DNA of 63,723 bases, filler included, from Saprolegnia diclina VS20 (taxonomy: Eukaryota): NCBI RefSeq assembly GCF_000281045.1. It is 6 parts of 3 records of this genome, joined end to end, with 100 filler letters (N's around TTAATTAATTAA, not from the genome) between each part and the next. Parts side by side here need not be neighbours in the genome. Positions count along the whole stretch, not along the records: positions 58,834 to 60,156 come from NW_008246072.1; positions 60,257 to 61,659 come from NW_008246073.1; positions 61,760 to 63,723 come from NW_008246073.1; 3 more parts are not named here. The stretch is one strand, 5' to 3'. Position numbers and translations under genes: made by a program. Shown one piece after another: positions 59,624 through 63,723 of this stretch. The notes under the pieces were generated by a model, which worked only from the letters and a program-made list of their open reading frames with translations, did not search any database and had not been told where the DNA came from. Within the stretch, counting starts at the first letter, position 1, and each line of letters opens with the position of its first letter.

Positions 59624-59670
59624 TCATAATTACACAAAGACTTCGCATAAGTAGAGACTAGCAATTTCCT

Positions 59671-59782
59671 GCTTCATTCGCTCCCCAGTCCGTGGCTGCG
59701 CAGGCGGCGGCGCGGGGGCTCGTCTGGCTTCATTCGCATCCCGGTCCGTGGCTGCGCAGGCGGCGGCGCGGGGGCTCGTCTG
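59671..59782. repeat. Two-copy 56-bp tandem repeat
   Basis: gcttcattcg..gtccgtggctgcgcaggcggcggcgcgggggctcgtctg at 59671-59726 and 59727-59782, with a few mismatches. Confidence 0.9.
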
Positions 59783-60777
59783 GCTCTTCTGTCGTCGCCC
59801 TACGACGCTTGTGGCCGCGGATGAGGCACTGACGACACGGTCAGTAAAGTCTTTCCCGGCGTCGCCGTTGGCGGCAAAGCTACGCAGTTTATCAATGTCA
59901 CCGGGAGACTACTGAGTACAACATTTCAGTACGTCAGAAGATTGCAGCGGCCTTGATACGTACTGTAGCACTGTACTATTGTAGGAGATGATGGCGAGCC
60001 ATTCGCAGCGACCTTTGAGGCTTTTTCTGCGGTATTCACACCCACGGCGCCCCGCAACCTTGGACCAGCAGTAGCAGCAGTAGCAGCGCTGCCGGCCTGG
60101 AGGTGCCACTTTGGCTTGCCCCAATGTGCCGTATATAGCCATTGATTCGGCATGCANNNNNNNNNNNNNNNNNNNNNNNNNNNNNNNNNNNNNNNNNNNN
60201 TTAATTAATTAANNNNNNNNNNNNNNNNNNNNNNNNNNNNNNNNNNNNNNNNNNNNTGCTGCTGCTCTTGCAAGTTGTAAAGTGACACTGGTTGTGGCTG
60301 ACAGAGCTGGCTGACAGGCAAATCCTGACACGACCGGGCAACATCTGATTGGTCAGATCTCAGATCTGAGTGATGAGATTGCATGTTTGGTCTGGAAGGA
60401 GCTTCCACGGAAGTTGATTCGGTCGCGAGCTTCGGCGACGATCGCTGCAAGTACCCAGGCATGATAAGGGACACCAAGGGTGGATAAATGGCCCTCAGGT
60501 ACACATAATGTCTGAAGGCATTACGCCCTTTGCCTACTGAGCTAGCTCGCCATTGTGAAAGCGACTGTTGCGCCGCCTGCAGAGGGTTTCACCGCTGGGG
60601 TCGAGACAAGGCGTTGTGATTCATAGTTGCAGACCGTTGGGACGGGGCTCAACAGGAGCCCTTGCCCAGGGTAGTCAGTAGTTCTAGTTCACTTTCCTAT
60701 TGTATGTAGTACACATGCTGATACGGTTTCCCGTCGTAACGTTATGTGGTTGCGCTGATGGCGGTCACGGTCACATA

Positions 60778-61140
60778 TCATCGCCGAGGCAGTAGTGTAT
60801 AACCTGTCTCTCGAATGCGAAAGTGCGCGAGCTTGGGACGTTTGCGCAGCACGTGTTGGAGCGCCTGAAGGAGCTTGAGCGAATTGTGGAGCGCGGCCTT
60901 GAGCGACTCGTTCTTGTACCGCGCCTTCTGAGCATTCTGGGCATGCGCCAGTGCCTTAGCCTTCCACAATGTATCTCCCACGGCCGCGCGCTCTGGCTCT
61001 GGAGCGCATTGTACTGCGCTACTCGTGCTTGGCGCGCAACTAGGCAAGCTCCTGCTTGGGCGTCAAAGTCGACAGTCGTCGCGAGAGATTCCAAGAGGCT
61101 CTCTACGTATCGACGTTGGCGGTGTTATTGCTTGCCTGTA
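60778..61140 (-). pseudogene. Degenerate oomycete bZIP-like/M96-type coiled-coil gene fragment
   Basis: KQ*HRQRRYVESLLESL (in-frame stop), then a frameshift into WKAKALAHAQNAQKARYKNESLKAAL..LLQALQHVLRKRP. Confidence 0.5.
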
Positions 61141-61761
61141 TGACCATTGGGAAATGCGGCGGGTGACGAAGAAAGGCCGCTGGAGGGATCATCACGTTGC
61201 TATGATTATCAGTAACAGTTTAATACGAAGAGCTATGCACGCCCAGTAACTTATCTCTTACACAACTCGGTGGCTTTATTGCGCCGACACACAAGCACTA
61301 ATCTGACTGAACTCGACGACGAATACGTCATCGCCAGCGCAGCAAGGCAGTACGGCTTCGTGTTCTGCGATACCCTGACCCATGCCCTCTAGATCCTATT
61401 AGCAAGCCGTCGTCATCCAGACTGCTATACACAAACAACATAGACTCGGTGGACTTGACCAGCACCGGTATCGATACCCTGGCAATAAACAGCCTCTGCA
61501 TGATCCCTTGTCAAGCATTGATTCAAATAAGTCACGGTCATGTATGATCGACATTAGGCGAGACTAGGATACGGAGGAATGCAACATCGTACGCAGGAAG
61601 AAAGCAGGGGAGCGTGTGAAGGATTAGGCGTAGCGCGTGTCGTCGGCGAGGCGGGCGTANNNNNNNNNNNNNNNNNNNNNNNNNNNNNNNNNNNNNNNNN
61701 NNNTTAATTAATTAANNNNNNNNNNNNNNNNNNNNNNNNNNNNNNNNNNNNNNNNNNNNCG

Positions 61762-63330
61762 TGGTCGACATGGCCCTGGACCACGGAGCTCGGAGTTCCC
61801 TTAACCGACAAGGACGCGCACGATCTCCTCGCCACACCAAGTGGTCGCCCCATCGATACGAGCGCACTTCAACGCCTTTTTCAAGGGTACGGGGAGTTTG
61901 CGCCGACGCTCTTTGTCCGGGATGAGATGATTGTCGTATGGCGCTTTCTCGTTGCCAACAGCATCGACGACGACGACGCCCACAGTGCAGGCATCAAGAA
62001 AGCACGTACAGCTTTGCTTCGCACACAATCAACGTCCGCCGACTGGGCCACGGTGGTTGCGGCTTCTGCAGCTTCTGCTGCTTCAGGGGCGGCTGCGATG
62101 CCAGTGCAAGCACCGAAGCTCCCACTCGGGCTCGTTGGGACTTCTGGTGTCGGCAAGTCGGAGCTCATTATCCTCTTTGGCGTCTACATGGCAGTCCAGC
62201 GCCAGCACAACGTCCTTATCTCGCGCAAGTCGAGTGGTCGCGGTGGGCGTCCGGACACTGTCATCGTTTTGTGCGGCTGCCAAGTGATCAAGTTCCCCGA
62301 CTTTGCGCGCGAAAACCTCGCGGCGCTCGTCGACGAGTTCAAGCGCAAAAGTTTGGCCGAGAACAAGAGCTTTCTCATCATTGGCGACGGGTACCGCCAA
62401 GAAGAGAGCAACATGCACCTTCCGCTGTTTAGCTTCATTGCCGCTGCTCACATCATCTCGACGTCCGGGCAGTTCCAGACGATGCCAGGCGGTGCGCGCG
62501 TACCCGTGCTCGTACCAGCGTGGTCGAAAGAGAGTCTCGAGCTCGTGGCCGAAAGAGCGCTCGAAGCCACGTTCAAGGACCGCTACGCTTACTCTGGCGG
62601 CAGCATTCGCGAGTTTCTCCGTGAGCCAGTCCGTGAGCCCAGCGCCGCTCAAGCTGAAATCGGCTTTCACCTGACGGAGGCTGCCATCAAGGCCCTTCAG
62701 CACAACACGGAGGGCCCCACGAACTCCAAGATCGACACCTTCCGCCAGATGTACGTCGGTGCGATCGACAACTACGACCACTACGTCAACGGCGCCCATT
62801 GGCGGCGAGAAATCAAGACCAAGTACGTCGGGTGGCTCTTGACCACGATGGCGTCGCTCAAGTTTTCCGTGTCCATCCTCATGTGGGCAGAGGCGTGGGG
62901 CGGCGCTCTCTACGGGTGGGTCTTCGAGAGCTTCGTGCACAAGCTCGCGTCGGAAGGCCAGCTCAAGCTCCGCGTTTTGGACTATAGCTCGTTTATGTGG
63001 TTCAATTTGTCGGCCACGCTGACCATCGACGACTCGTTCACGGTCGTCAAGGGTCCGACGAGCCAGGAAGGTTGTCTCAAGCACATCGCCACTGGCTTGT
63101 GCGCGTACACATAATACTTTTATCCAGGCTTCGCCACGTTCCCAGCGATCGATGCCATCGTGGTCACAACGAAGACCATTTACTTCCTCCAAATCACCAT
63201 CTCAGAGACGCATCCGACGAACTGGGACCACATGGACGAAATTCTCAAACGCGTGCGAGACAACAAGAACATCAAACGCTTCCATCGCGCATTTGTGTAT
63301 GTGACGCCACCAACAACCAACCATGCACCA
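61762..63330 (+). pseudogene. Crinkler/RHS-type C-terminal module: P-loop NTPase + restriction-endonuclease-like domain, interrupted by an in-frame stop
   Basis: Frame open from the gap: TLFVRDEM, LVGTSGVGKS (Walker A), IIGDG, VPAWSKESL, RYAYSGGSIREF, GWVFESFVH; TAA at 63112-63114; same frame resumes YFYPGFATFPAIDAIV..YFLQITISETH. Confidence 0.75.
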
Positions 63331-63723
63331 CCCCAAGTCAAATCGATGGGCTTGCCATGTGGAACGGTGCTGTCCTCCACATCCCTGCCACCAAGGGGCT
63401 CCGATCGCTCGAGAATTAGCCTAATTACATGTCAATCTCAAAATGCAGTCGTTAACTTGATCTCCACCAGCGGCCGAAACCCCAAGTGCAACGAACCGGT
63501 GGAGGGGGAAGAAGCGCACAATTCGGGATATATTGGACTAGAATGCCACAGCCATGAGGCTGTAGTGCCACTTCAGCACCGCCGCGTTGATCCTGTTGAA
63601 ATCAAAAGACTAAGAAGAATACACAATGCACCATCGAGTCGTAGCATGAGAAATGGTATGTGATGCTTACATATTTTTTGGAGCCGTCTAGTACTCCTCG
63701 CCGAGCTCCTCTTCCTCGCCTTC

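Overview
Eukaryotic, GC-rich, very gene-dense DNA with uniformly short (about 40-55 nt) GT-AG introns. Gene content (Crinkler-type remnant, flagellar/centriolar genes) and intron size point to an oomycete, most likely Saprolegniales; this is an inference. Positions 0.9-58.7 kb hold about 23 tightly packed genes: UCH deubiquitinase, membrane NHL-repeat protein, CXC/LIN54-like protein, RRP41, TALE homeobox, FAM21/WASHC2, two tandem BTB-SPRY-like paralogs (one with AT-hooks), a giant Sfi1-like protein, an EEP-family hydrolase, mitochondrial EF-G, two tandem dihydroxy-acid dehydratases, a ZZ-finger protein, an RlmM/FtsJ-like methyltransferase, CFAP73, XPG, eIF4G, a ciliary-type coiled-coil protein, coilin, a DUF455 ferritin-like/GT4 glycosyltransferase fusion, and a peroxisomal FAR-acyltransferase (FARAT) fusion. 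The last 5 kb is fragmented and gene-poor, with pseudogenes including a CRN-like NTPase-REase. Best candidates for something new: (1) the single-ORF diiron ferritin-like plus bacterial-type glycosyltransferase fusion; (2) a recurrent GTATCCGG/CCGGATAC element just upstream of many start codons; (3) a two-repeat GYF-like insert inside the eIF4G MIF4G domain; (4) an AT-hook/BTB/SPRY protein. Five N44-TTAATTAATTAA-N44 blocks are artificial contig joins. Exon boundaries were inferred by eye and no database searches were run.
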